Shown here piece after piece: positions 17,505 to 27,138 of a DNA stretch of 64,000 nucleotides. Under the pieces are notes generated by a model. The model did not search any database and was not told where the DNA came from. It saw only the letters and a program-made list of their open reading frames with translations. Within the stretch, counting starts at the first letter, position 1; each line of letters begins with the position of its first letter. Origin of the DNA: Candidatus Shapirobacteria bacterium (GTDB lineage: Bacteria; Patescibacteriota; Microgenomatia; UBA12405); assembly GCA_016188545.1 (NCBI GenBank), contig JACPHO010000001.1, positions 355,324-419,323 on the forward strand, written 5' to 3'. A program made the position numbers and the translations under genes.

Positions 17505-18098
17505 ATGCCTTCGCCAAATATTGACCCAACTGTTCGACTTTTTATTGGTGGCCTTCCTTACCGTTTTACGGAAGGGGAGTTACTTACTCTCTTCGCTCCC
17601 TTCGGGCGAGTCGTTTCACTTAAAATAATGCACACCCCTTGGGGTAAAAGCCGAGGTATGGGATTTGTTGAGTTTGATAACGTTGATTCTGCCATCAAAG
17701 CCAAGCAAAGTCTTCACAATCATCGAGTCTCTGAAGAGAGAACTATTATTGTCGACTTTGCCGCTCCAGACCCAGCCACTACTGAAGAAGGTCGCTTGCG
17801 TCGAGAGCAGGTCCAGAGTCGCAAACCCCTCCGTCGTCAATTTTCAAATGTAAGTAATACTAGTATAAGTCCTAAGGATCCATTTACTCGTCAAAATCGT
17901 GGTACCAACAAATCAGATTCAGGTCGTCGACCATATAGCCCCAAGACATCCGAGGGTACAGACTCAGAAAAACCCCGCAAATTCGGCAATTTCAAGCGTG
18001 GAAAAAGTGCTTTTGGAAACAACCGTCAATCGGTATTTGATTCTCGGTCCCATCATTCCCGAGTCGGTGCCAAGTTTGCCAACCGACAAAAGAACTGA
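17505..18098 (+). CDS. RRM-domain RNA-binding protein with R/S/G-rich disordered tail
   Basis: RNP-2 LFIGGL and RNP-1 RGMGFVEF are present. Start moved to the ATG at 17505 (MPSPNID) to avoid overlap with the divergent MBL gene. Confidence 0.8.
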   Translation: MPSPNIDPTVRLFIGGLPYRFTEGELLTLFAPFGRVVSLKIMHTPWGKSRGMGFVEFDNVDSAIKAKQSLHNHRVSEERTIIVDFAAPDPATTEEGRLRREQVQSRKPLRRQFSNVSNTSISPKDPFTRQNRGTNKSDSGRRPYSPKTSEGTDSEKPRKFGNFKRGKSAFGNNRQSVFDSRSHHSRVGAKFANRQKN

Positions 18099-18099
18099 T

Positions 18100-18357
18100 T
18101 TAGCCGTTGATTTTAGGTTCAATCACCTCTACCAACCTAGCACATACTAGTTCAAACTCTGGCATAGTCTCCTTATACATTTGAATTCCGCCGCCAAAAA
18201 TAGCAGCCACCTCAACCCTATTATTATTGCCTTTTATTGAGGCAGTCAAGTCTTTTAATGTCGCTTCCTGATACCGAGCTATTTCAACAAGCCTGTTCAT
18301 CAGAGCTTCTTCCTTAAGTTCAATAATATTTTCAGCTGTAATAACTGGTTTATACAT
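18100..18357 (-). CDS. hypothetical protein
   Basis: 85-aa ORF with no motif. Confidence 0.3.
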   Translation of the reverse strand: MYKPVITAENIIELKEEALMNRLVEIARYQEATLKDLTASIKGNNNRVEVAAIFGGGIQMYKETMPEFELVCARLVEVIEPKING

Positions 18358-18393
18358 AACCCAATTCTACACCACTATAGGGTATAATTCAAC

Positions 18394-19446
18394 ATGGATT
18401 TTAGAGAGTTTATTCATAGCCAGAAAATAATTGCCCTTTCCCCGATGGATGGTGTAACCGATTGTAGCTATCGACAAACCCAATGTTTTGTCAAAAAACC
18501 AGACGTCATCTTTACTGAGTTTGTCAGTGCCGAAGGGATTAGTCGGGGTGGAGTTCGTCTTTACGATCAATTGCTATATGGGAACAATGAAAGGTATATT
18601 GTTGGTCAAATTTTTGGCAAAGACCCAGAAAGTTTTTATAAAGCAGCTGTCATTCTTTGCCACCTAGGCTTCGATGGTATTGATATCAATATGGGTTGTC
18701 CCGCCAAGACTGTCACCCAACACGGTTCCGGAGCCGCCCTCATCGAGAAGCCGGAAGTCGCCAGTCAAATAATCAATTCAACTCGACAGGGGATTGAAGA
18801 TTATTGTAGTGGCAAGACAACAGTCACCGATATTGGTATCAAGCAATCTTCCCTGGACGTTATTGAGCGAAACTGTCTGTTTTCCGAATACACAGGCACA
18901 TATAAGGACTATCAAAAACCCACTCTTTCGGTAAAAACAAGAGTTGGTGTTACTCACAATGTTGTCCCTGTTTGGATTCCCCATCTACTTTCTCACAATT
19001 TGGATTTTCTCAGTTTACACGGTCGAACCCTAAAACAAGGATACTCGGGTCTTGCCGATTGGGAAGCCATAAAACTGGCCGCCAGCTTTGCCAAGGAAGC
19101 AGGGACACTTATCTGGGGAAATGGCGATGTGACTACTCTTCCCCAAGCCTATGAATATATAGACAAATACAACGTCGATGGGATATTAATCGGACGTTCC
19201 AGTATGGGCAACCCATGGGTATTTACAAATACCGAACCGTCCCTCAAAGATAAGTTCTCACTCATGTGTTACCACGCAGACCAGTTCACCCGCATTTTTC
19301 CTCATCGTCGACTAGATCCACTAAGAAGGCATTTTCTACTCTATGCTAGCGGTCATCCCCGTGCCAAACAGCTTCGGGAAAAGATTGTCCATGTCAACAC
19401 CATTGCTGAACTTTATGCTCTTGAAGAAGATTTTTTGACCTGCTAA
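18394..19446 (+). CDS. dus: tRNA-dihydrouridine synthase (Dus family)
   Basis: Motifs ALSPMDGVTD, GFDGIDINMGCPAKTV and GSGAALI are present. The MGCP motif holds the catalytic Cys. Confidence 0.8.
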   Translation: MDFREFIHSQKIIALSPMDGVTDCSYRQTQCFVKKPDVIFTEFVSAEGISRGGVRLYDQLLYGNNERYIVGQIFGKDPESFYKAAVILCHLGFDGIDINMGCPAKTVTQHGSGAALIEKPEVASQIINSTRQGIEDYCSGKTTVTDIGIKQSSLDVIERNCLFSEYTGTYKDYQKPTLSVKTRVGVTHNVVPVWIPHLLSHNLDFLSLHGRTLKQGYSGLADWEAIKLAASFAKEAGTLIWGNGDVTTLPQAYEYIDKYNVDGILIGRSSMGNPWVFTNTEPSLKDKFSLMCYHADQFTRIFPHRRLDPLRRHFLLYASGHPRAKQLREKIVHVNTIAELYALEEDFLTC

Positions 19447-19456
19447 AGTTATCCGT

Positions 19457-19852
19457 ATGTCAAATCAAGCCACAACCCTTCTCTCTATCGAGTCCCTTAT
19501 TAACAGCCACGATGCTAAGCTCAGCACTCTTTCAAAAGAACTTTCTGTTCAAAAGGAAATGCTCAGTAATATTTTGGAAAATGACGAAGAATATGTCAAG
19601 CTCGCGGCTGAAGCAGGTAAACTTGCAAAGCAAAAAACAATTGCAAAGCAAAAAGTTCTACACACTCAAAATGCTATTTCTGTTGTTGAAAAAACCAAAG
19701 ATCTCCAAAGTCAGCTCAAAGAATTAAAAGTGGCCATGTCAGATTATTTATCGCAGTACGTCAGTCTTTCTGGTACCAACCAGTTTGAAGGCGCCGATGG
19801 GGTTACTCGTCAAATTACTTTTAGTGCTAAGTTAATCAAGAAAAACGACTAG
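19457..19852 (+). CDS. hypothetical coiled-coil protein
   Basis: 131 aa with heptad-like K/E/L-rich sequence. Confidence 0.35.
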   Translation: MSNQATTLLSIESLINSHDAKLSTLSKELSVQKEMLSNILENDEEYVKLAAEAGKLAKQKTIAKQKVLHTQNAISVVEKTKDLQSQLKELKVAMSDYLSQYVSLSGTNQFEGADGVTRQITFSAKLIKKND

Positions 19853-19853
19853 T

Positions 19854-20156
19854 ATGATTTCAGCCACAAAGGCAAGTTTCCAGACAGAGGTCTTAGACTT
19901 TAAAGGTAAAGTTTTAGTAGATTTCTGGGCGCAGTGGTGCGGTCCATGCCAGATGTTGTCTCCAATCATTGACCAAATTGCCGCCGAAAAACCAGATGTT
20001 AAGATTGTCAAAGTCAACGTCGACGAAGAGATCGATCTAGCTACTGCGTACAATATTTCCAGCATTCCCGCCATTATGATTTTTGATAATGGAAAACCAG
20101 TTAAAACTATCATTGGTTTTCGCCAAAAGCAGGAATACCTCCAAATCCTGGTATAA
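19854..20156 (+). CDS. trxA: thioredoxin
   Basis: The WCGPC active site is present (WAQWCGPCQ). Confidence 0.85.
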   Translation: MISATKASFQTEVLDFKGKVLVDFWAQWCGPCQMLSPIIDQIAAEKPDVKIVKVNVDEEIDLATAYNISSIPAIMIFDNGKPVKTIIGFRQKQEYLQILV

Positions 20157-20162
20157 TCCATC

Positions 20163-21152
20163 ATGGATTTTACCGAACTTTCCAACTATCTAGTTGAAAA
20201 ATCATTCCCAGCATACCGACTCCGTCAGATTCAGAAAAACTATTTCTCTGGTAGGTATTCAAGCTTTTTGGAAATGTCAGACTTACCCCTAGGCCTTCGC
20301 ACAGAACTTGATCAAAAATTTCCACTATTTTCTGTAGCGGTAAAAAACATTTTAAAAGGGGATTCATCTCAAAAAGCTGTGCTCGAGCTAAGCGACGGTC
20401 TTAAAATCGAGACCGTACTCATGGATTACGAGCAGTGGTTAACCGCCTGTGTTAGTACACAAGTAGGTTGTCCCTTAGCTTGTACTTTTTGCGCCACTGG
20501 CAAAATGGGATTAAAAAGAAATTTAACAGCCTCAGAAATAGTTGATCAAATTATTTTCTGGAACCATCAGGTGTATCCAAAATACGTTGGTCGGATAGTC
20601 TTTATGGGGATGGGAGAACCATTTTTGAACTGGGATAATCTAGTTAACTCCTTACAGATTCTTCGTAATGAACTAAAAATCGGTGCTCGAAAAATCAGCA
20701 TATCCACTGCCGGAGTTGTGCCTCGAATCTACGACTTTGCCAATTTAGATACTGAGATAAACTTAGCCATCTCCCTTCATTCAGCCGATCAAATTACTCG
20801 CGAAGAAATGATGCCCATCGCCAAGCAATATTCACTTACAGATCTGGCCAAAGCACTAGATTACTACACTAAAAAGACCAATAGACAGGTATTTTTTGAA
20901 TATCTCTTGGCTAAGGATGTCAATGATAGTGACTACCATCTCGATCAATTAATCGAATTTTTGAGAACCAACAAATTGTTTTACTTGAATCTAATTCCTC
21001 TAAATCCAATAAAAGGCGGCCTTACTCCTTCACCTCGACTTGATATCTTTCAAAAAGAGTTAGTCAAAAATAATATTGATTTTTCAGTAAGACATTCAAT
21101 TGGTCAATCAATCAACTCCGCCTGCGGTCAATTAATAGTAAATGACCAGTAG
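20163..21152 (+). CDS. rlmN: 23S rRNA m2A2503 methyltransferase RlmN (radical SAM)
   Basis: The CxxxCxxC cluster GCPLACTFCATG is present. GMGEPFLN and a C-terminal Cys are also present. Confidence 0.85.
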   Translation: MDFTELSNYLVEKSFPAYRLRQIQKNYFSGRYSSFLEMSDLPLGLRTELDQKFPLFSVAVKNILKGDSSQKAVLELSDGLKIETVLMDYEQWLTACVSTQVGCPLACTFCATGKMGLKRNLTASEIVDQIIFWNHQVYPKYVGRIVFMGMGEPFLNWDNLVNSLQILRNELKIGARKISISTAGVVPRIYDFANLDTEINLAISLHSADQITREEMMPIAKQYSLTDLAKALDYYTKKTNRQVFFEYLLAKDVNDSDYHLDQLIEFLRTNKLFYLNLIPLNPIKGGLTPSPRLDIFQKELVKNNIDFSVRHSIGQSINSACGQLIVNDQ

Positions 21153-21243
21153 ACTGATATTGGTCATTAGTTGTTATATTAACCTATAAATAGGATATAA
21201 TAACTTTACAAACTTTTAACTTTTAAACTTTATAAACTACCCC

Positions 21244-22191
21244 ATGTTAGTCGATGAAGTCAAAATTACCCTCCAAGCCGGAAAAGGTGGCGATGGTCTA
21301 GTCCATTTTTATACCGATCGTTGGCGCCCTAAGGGTGGGCCAGATGGTGGTAACGGTGGTGATGGTGGTAATGTCTATTTCCGGGCAGTTTCAGACATTA
21401 GTCGACTCCATCAATTTCGTCACCAAAAAAACTTTGAGGCGCAAGATGGTGGAAAAGGTGGCCCCAACAATTGCACCGGTAAAAATGGTGTCGATCTCTA
21501 TTTAGATATTCCCTATGGTTCTGTTATTAGTTATGACAACGGTACCCAAGTAGAGCTGGAAACTGTCGGCCAAATTATTCTCGCTTCAAAAGGAGGGAGG
21601 GGAGGCAAAGGTAATCATCATTATCGTAGCGCCACCAATCAGACACCCAAAGAACACACCACCGGTTTTTCACCTCCAGTAAAAAACATTCATATCAAAC
21701 TAAAACTTATTGCTGATATAGGCTTTATCGGGCTACCAAATGCCAGTAAAACGTCACTCCTTAACGAATTGACCAGTGCTAACGCCCAAGTAGCCAACTA
21801 CGCTTTTACCACCCTAGAACCAAATCTTGGTGTCATGAAAGGTGGCCAAATCATTGCTGACATCCCAGGGTTAATAGAAGGCGCCAGTGATGGTAAAGGT
21901 TTGGGATATAAGTTCCTTAAGCATGTCGAACGCACCAAGATTCTGGTCCATTGTGTCTCAGCCGAATCGGCCGACCCAGTAGCTGACTATCAAGTCGTTC
22001 GCCAAGAGCTCAAAAACTATAGTAGTGTTCTCGATTCCAAAACCGAGATTGTCGTCCTCACTAAATCAGATCTCCTTGATCAAAAAGATATCAAGAAAAT
22101 AAGTAAAAAAATCGGAGCCGCTCTAGCAGTGTCAATAGTTGACGACAAAAGTCTCAAGAGTCTGTCAGACATGCTTTCCAAATTGATTTAA
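21244..22191 (+). CDS. obg: GTPase Obg
   Basis: A glycine-rich Obg fold (KGGDGLVHF, GGPDGGNGGDGGNVYF) is followed by the G domain (GLPNASKTSLLN). Confidence 0.85.
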   Translation: MLVDEVKITLQAGKGGDGLVHFYTDRWRPKGGPDGGNGGDGGNVYFRAVSDISRLHQFRHQKNFEAQDGGKGGPNNCTGKNGVDLYLDIPYGSVISYDNGTQVELETVGQIILASKGGRGGKGNHHYRSATNQTPKEHTTGFSPPVKNIHIKLKLIADIGFIGLPNASKTSLLNELTSANAQVANYAFTTLEPNLGVMKGGQIIADIPGLIEGASDGKGLGYKFLKHVERTKILVHCVSAESADPVADYQVVRQELKNYSSVLDSKTEIVVLTKSDLLDQKDIKKISKKIGAALAVSIVDDKSLKSLSDMLSKLI

Positions 22192-22250
22192 CCCACAGCC
22201 CCCGTCTTTTGTTTTTTACTTTTGAATTTTTACTTTTGAAATTCTCAGCT

Positions 22251-22679
22251 TTAGCTGAGCGCCTTCTTCATTCTTTCCCAGTCTTTCTTGAGATAAGTGA
22301 CAATTTTTTCGGCACCTGATTTTGTACTCTTAAAATCATCCTTAAAGTCAGCCACCACACCCTCGACTACTTTTCCATATTTGTCTTTATCAAGTTCTTC
22401 ACCCGCAGTTCGTATTGAGGCCACTTTACCGACTACCGCATTCTTTACCTCATTGTACTTGTCAGTCGCATCTTCGGTCGCTTTACCAAAAACATCCCTA
22501 ACTCTTTCTTTTGTTTCACTGGTCTCAGTCTTAATCCTTTTCGAAATCTCTGAGGCAAGCTTGGCAATATCTTTCCTGGTTTCTTTCCCAGATTTTGGCG
22601 CTAGAAGTAAACCTCCAACTGCACCGGCCAAAGCACCGAGTAAACCAGCTAAGAAAAATCCACCTTTATTTTTTGACAT
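22251..22679 (-). CDS. YtxH-like protein
   Basis: The N-terminus GGFFLAGLLGALAGAVGGLLLAPKSGKETRKDI fits the YtxH pattern. Confidence 0.5.
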   Translation of the reverse strand: MSKNKGGFFLAGLLGALAGAVGGLLLAPKSGKETRKDIAKLASEISKRIKTETSETKERVRDVFGKATEDATDKYNEVKNAVVGKVASIRTAGEELDKDKYGKVVEGVVADFKDDFKSTKSGAEKIVTYLKKDWERMKKALS

Positions 22680-22687
22680 GTATTTAT

Positions 22688-24139
22688 TTAAAGAATAACT
22701 GTCTTAAGTCTACGAGATCGTCTAATCTGTGTCAAGAAATATACCCCGACCAATAGGAGTACTGGCACTGCCATATTGCCGTATTTAATTACATTTTTTA
22801 TATTATCAGGCACCTCTCTGAGCTGATTTACGCTCATCACTTTATTTCGAATCTCAAATATTCCGCTATCCCCCGACATGTAGTCAATCAAGTTTAGTGC
22901 TAGCGCCAAGTTCTGTTGGCTATTAACCACAAACTGATCGGTCACAAAGTCTTTATCGCTTATCACCGCCAGTTTTAACTTATCACTCCGAACCGCTCCC
23001 ACAACATATCGCTTACCCGCTTCTGAGGATTTTTTCAGGCTAGCCGGGGAGACATCACTCACACTATCGTCCAGTGTTGAGTTATCAACCCAAAACAACG
23101 GCTTTGCCTCGTTGTTTACTTCGATATTCGAAGCCCAGGGAATCAACAATGAATTAATCCCTGATAATGTTGGATTTGAACTATCAATTTGGTTGGAATT
23201 TATTTGCAACCAATAAGGATATTGAACCAAAAAACTTCCTGTCTGAGTTTTGAAGCTAGCTACCGCACCCTTGGGACTACTAATTAGTCCACTGTTCATT
23301 TTCATTCCTCGATCCTCAAATATTTTTTCCAAGCCGGTATCAACCGTTTTTGTAACTACCATATTCTGGTTCACCTCAGTTCGATCAACAAATGCCACGG
23401 TCGGTCTGCCACTGTCAATCCACCTTACTAGTTTAGTGATGCCTTTATCATCTATTTTTGTTGATCTTCCCACAATAACAAGGCCGCTTGCCTCCGTCGG
23501 AAACTCTTTATCACCATCCAGCGCCACCTCGACAACTTTATATGAACCCTCTAAATACTTTTTCAAATATTGAATTCCACTTTGAACCGTACCTTCATCT
23601 TCATAAAAAGCTAGTATTGGTATTGCAGTCGAAGTCAATCTCTTTATTCCCGAGACTAGTAGATATTCCAGGTTACCAACATCACCCGCCACTGGTAACA
23701 CTTCGTATTTTTCTTTGTACTTCATCACCAGTCCAAAATATCCTTTTTGAACTTCAAACTTATCATTTTTAATCGACGAAAATTGCAGTTCTTTTATACC
23801 GTATTTGGCCACATCAGCCTTTGCCTTATCATCACTGGATGGATCAATTATTGTCAGTTTGAATTTCGATTTATTCACTGTTTCCATCGACTTTAATATC
23901 GCCCTCAATCCATAAAGTACTGGTCTAGCTTCCCCAGGCAAATTGTTTGAGGCATACACCACCATCTCTACCTGTCCGTCAATATTATTAATTGTTTTCG
24001 TGGTGTAGTTTGATAGGCTGTTTATTTTATTGGCACTCAGGTCAATTTTTAAGTCCGGAAGTTGATACACCCCCAAATTAACTCCGATAATTATTGTCAA
24101 AAATAACAAGGTAGTTGTAAAACTAATTATTTTTTTCAT
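22688..24139 (-). CDS. GldG-like ABC-transporter auxiliary component
   Basis: N- and C-terminal TM anchors flank a large periplasmic domain. It is the last gene of an ATPase-permease-auxiliary operon. Confidence 0.55.
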   Translation of the reverse strand: MKKIISFTTTLLFLTIIIGVNLGVYQLPDLKIDLSANKINSLSNYTTKTINNIDGQVEMVVYASNNLPGEARPVLYGLRAILKSMETVNKSKFKLTIIDPSSDDKAKADVAKYGIKELQFSSIKNDKFEVQKGYFGLVMKYKEKYEVLPVAGDVGNLEYLLVSGIKRLTSTAIPILAFYEDEGTVQSGIQYLKKYLEGSYKVVEVALDGDKEFPTEASGLVIVGRSTKIDDKGITKLVRWIDSGRPTVAFVDRTEVNQNMVVTKTVDTGLEKIFEDRGMKMNSGLISSPKGAVASFKTQTGSFLVQYPYWLQINSNQIDSSNPTLSGINSLLIPWASNIEVNNEAKPLFWVDNSTLDDSVSDVSPASLKKSSEAGKRYVVGAVRSDKLKLAVISDKDFVTDQFVVNSQQNLALALNLIDYMSGDSGIFEIRNKVMSVNQLREVPDNIKNVIKYGNMAVPVLLLVGVYFLTQIRRSRRLKTVIL

Positions 24140-24833
24140 TTGTCCTCTGCGCCAACCAAGTAAAAAGAACTATTGTAGAAACCAAATATACCGTGGTGTT
24201 TAAGCCAATTTCACCATTATAAAACGGTGTCATTTTATCATTCAGGCTTAATTGTTCAAAAACTCTCGCTAAAAAATATGGAATCTTTGACAATACCATT
24301 TCCTGACTCATCAAACTGTTTAACACTAAGACTATTGTTGTTCCGATAAAAGCCACTGCTGGATGTTTTGTCAAGCTTGATATCCATAACCCTATTGCCA
24401 GATATGTCGATCCAAGTAAGAAAAGGCCAACATAACCACTAAAAACCACACCAATATCCATTTTCCCTAGGTACAATAAACTAAGTAATGTTGGTGTTGT
24501 TAACAATAAACTAACCAGTAAAAATCCCATACCAGCTAACATTTTCCCCCACAAAATCATTTTTATGTTTACCGGGTTTGTAATTAAAACTTCCCAAGTA
24601 CCACTTTTTTTCTCATCAGCAATCCAGCCCATAGTTATCGCCGGTATAAAAACAGAAAACAAGTATGTCAGTGTCTGAAAAAGTGGTTTTATGTCGGCAT
24701 TTCCGGCCACAAACACATCCCCCCAAAAAACCCAACACGCCAACATCAACATAATTCCCAAAAATACGTATCCGATAGGATTAAAAAAATATCCTTGAAA
24801 CTCTTTGGCAGCAATAGTCAGTACTTTTTTCAT
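24123..24833 (-). CDS. ABC-2 type permease (GldF-like)
   Basis: Six TM helices. It sits between the ATPase and the GldG-like gene. Confidence 0.6.
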   Translation of the reverse strand: MKKVLTIAAKEFQGYFFNPIGYVFLGIMLMLACWVFWGDVFVAGNADIKPLFQTLTYLFSVFIPAITMGWIADEKKSGTWEVLITNPVNIKMILWGKMLAGMGFLLVSLLLTTPTLLSLLYLGKMDIGVVFSGYVGLFLLGSTYLAIGLWISSLTKHPAVAFIGTTIVLVLNSLMSQEMVLSKIPYFLARVFEQLSLNDKMTPFYNGEIGLNTTVYLVSTIVLFTWLAQRTNEKNN

Positions 24834-25516
24834 GATGTAAGTTGTATAAACTTTTTCTCGAGGTTTTTTATTTTTGAAGTCGTCTCATCCAAAACAATTT
24901 TTCCACTATTAATTATCAATAGTTGACTGCAAATAGCTGCTGCCTCAGGAAGTATATGTGTCGATAGAATAACCATCTTCTGCTTAGCCAGTTTCTTAAT
25001 AAGTTGTCTTATTTCAATTATCTGCTTGGGGTCCAGACCAGTTGTCGGTTCATCTAGTATCAGTAGGTCTGGATTGCCAATAAGTGCGGCAGCCAACCCT
25101 ACTCTTTGGCGATATCCCTTGGACAGGGTTTCTATCTTACTCTCGTACACATTAGCCAGTCCACATTCCGTCGTCACCCTCATTGTTTCCATAACACAAT
25201 CCTCAGCCCCTTTTATTTTTACGATGTATTCCAAATATTCCCTGACCAACATATACCCGTAGAGTGGATTATTTTCAGGTAAATAGCCGATCTTCGATTT
25301 GTGAAGAAGTGATTTTAGATTAACTTCCTTCATATCCCAAGTCACCGACCCGCTATCTGCTCCAAAATAACCCGTTAAAATTCTCATCAATGTTGTCTTA
25401 CCAGCACCGTTTGGGCCAAGTAGACCAGTAACACTCTTGTCTTTTATTTCAAAACTGACATTATCAAGTACTGTCTTGTCTCCAAATTTTTTACTTATAT
25501 TTTTAACACTCAACAT
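24830..25516 (-). CDS. ABC transporter ATP-binding protein (GldA-like)
   Basis: Walker A GPNGAGKTT, the signature LSKGYRQR and Walker B LLILDEPT are present. Confidence 0.85.
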   Translation of the reverse strand: MLSVKNISKKFGDKTVLDNVSFEIKDKSVTGLLGPNGAGKTTLMRILTGYFGADSGSVTWDMKEVNLKSLLHKSKIGYLPENNPLYGYMLVREYLEYIVKIKGAEDCVMETMRVTTECGLANVYESKIETLSKGYRQRVGLAAALIGNPDLLILDEPTTGLDPKQIIEIRQLIKKLAKQKMVILSTHILPEAAAICSQLLIINSGKIVLDETTSKIKNLEKKFIQLTS

Positions 25517-25520
25517 GTTT

Positions 25521-25898
25521 TTACTTTTTACTTTTTACTTTCGAATTTTCTATCCTAAGTATCTTTTTTATCACAACAAAAACCAGTAGTGCAATAATCA
25601 AAAAGTTTAAAGTAGATCCCATCATATTACCGATCTTAAATTCCGATCCAGCTATTGTGAATACAATTTCTCTCCATGAACCGGTAGGAGATATAATCCC
25701 TATTATTGGCATAATCATATCATTGGCAATCGATGTAGTTAGATCCTTTACTGCCCCGGCAATCACCACCCCGATAGCCAGTTCCAATACATTATAGTTT
25801 TTCAAAAAATCCAAAAACTCATTTTTACTTTCACTCGCTTTCTCGATAATAATTTTAGTTCTTCCTGCTTTAACTTTTACAACTTTTGTTTTTTCCAT
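25521..25898 (-). CDS. mscL: large-conductance mechanosensitive channel MscL
   Basis: Motifs FLDFLKNYNVLELAIGVVIAGAV, DMIMPIIG and a C-terminal hydrophobic helix are present. Confidence 0.75.
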   Translation of the reverse strand: MEKTKVVKVKAGRTKIIIEKASESKNEFLDFLKNYNVLELAIGVVIAGAVKDLTTSIANDMIMPIIGIISPTGSWREIVFTIAGSEFKIGNMMGSTLNFLIIALLVFVVIKKILRIENSKVKSKK

Positions 25899-26231
25899 GA
25901 CAAATTATACAACCTGTTCGGTAGGTTAGTTTACCCTGAGCGAATGAAACGAGTCGAATGGGTCATTGCGCTTTGCCCGCCGAAGCGAAGCGTAGGTGGG
26001 AGCGAAGGAATGAGCGTGGCAATCTTCTGTAATTCTGCCAGTGGGATTAACTTTTCCCACTATTCCAAATTCTGTTTACTTTTGAATTTATTTTTTTTGC
26101 CTTATTCTCGTTTCTATCCTATTCCAGTTACTAGTTACTAATTACCAGTGACATCTCACACCTTATGTTTCTTGTTTTTATTTTTAACTTTTTACTTTTA
26201 ACCTTTTACTTTTGTACTTAGTTTTTTTGTT

Positions 26232-26291
26232 AATGATTTCGTCCTCCGAATCGAAGGACTCATCAGGCCCGATACCTATCGGACAATCATT
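26232..26291 (-). ncRNA. hammerhead ribozyme motif, type III (HHR-1)
   Basis: Minus-strand RNA: AAUGAU-U-GUCCGAU[AGGU]AUCGGGC-CUGAUGA-GUCCUUCG[AUU]CGGAGGAC-GAAA-UCAUU. All invariant core nucleotides are present. Stem III is a 6-bp AAUGAU/AUCAUU duplex. Confidence 0.75.
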
Positions 26292-26308
26292 CACTAAGCA
26301 CACCGCGG

Positions 26309-26333
26309 CTGGCAGGGGATAAACCCCTGCCAG
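26309..26333 (-). other. perfect 10-bp GC hairpin between the stop codon and HHR-1 (module hairpin)
   Basis: CTGGCAGGGG-ATAAA-CCCCTGCCAG. It lies 30 nt 3' of the stop at 26363 and is not followed by a U-run. Confidence 0.6.
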
Positions 26334-26362
26334 TAGCATGTGCGCTCAGCGCTTTGGATAGG

Positions 26363-27085
26363 TTATTGGTAAGGAGTTGCGCAGAATACCGCATTTTCGT
26401 GATCAGTATGTTCATCTCTGTCAAACTCGTAGTAGTTATCCCACTTCTGCGAGGCGACATTAATATATGGACTTTCAATCGTTATTACTGGCATTGGGAT
26501 TGCCATTTCGTTTGAATAACCAACTTGGTCATCGAACAGCATCCATCTGGCGTCGTTTACGTATAAAAGGCTTCCTTTGGCTTCACGCGTGTTCGTGTCA
26601 GTATGCATAACAATACTATTATCGTAGCAAGTCAAGCTTCGTTGATTTGTTTCAGGAGCTGTTCTAGGCAAAGCATCAAAGTAGGCATAAACCTCAGTCA
26701 CGACTGTTTCTTTGTGCTCGGCAAACGCCCAGATCGTCATCCTATACAAGCCTGACTTTCCAGTCGTCCATTCAAAAACATCGAAATCCCCCGGTTGAAT
26801 CTCAAAATGGCCATAGTCTTCATCCATCCACATTACACTTCTCCAGGTAATTCTCTGGGGGTTGACGTTTTCTTCAGATTTATCAATTCCATCTCCTTCA
26901 GGTGCAAAGTCGATTTTTGCATAATAAAGAAGGGGGTCCTCGGATGAATTTGGATGGATAGTTGCTTTGCAAGTTTTGCGGTCACAGATTATCTTTGCAT
27001 TTGCAGGCATTGCTTTCCCACATGCTGAAAGAAACAACCCAATTGTTGCAAAGAACAATACAGCTAACAGTTTTCTTGTTTTCAT
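26363..27085 (-). CDS. secreted hypothetical lipoprotein
   Basis: The signal peptide MKTRKLLAVLFFATIGLFLSACG has a lipobox-like LSAC. No known domain. Confidence 0.45.
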   Translation of the reverse strand: MKTRKLLAVLFFATIGLFLSACGKAMPANAKIICDRKTCKATIHPNSSEDPLLYYAKIDFAPEGDGIDKSEENVNPQRITWRSVMWMDEDYGHFEIQPGDFDVFEWTTGKSGLYRMTIWAFAEHKETVVTEVYAYFDALPRTAPETNQRSLTCYDNSIVMHTDTNTREAKGSLLYVNDARWMLFDDQVGYSNEMAIPMPVITIESPYINVASQKWDNYYEFDRDEHTDHENAVFCATPYQ

Positions 27086-27138
27086 TTCAATCTCCTCTGT
27101 TTAGATAGAATATTTCAAACGACCTTTTAGGGTCATCA

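Noticed and set aside
25944-26141. 65-aa ORF in the mscL upstream region
   Set aside because: It sits in a low-complexity AT-rich and GC-mixed spacer with no motif. It is more likely regulatory DNA.
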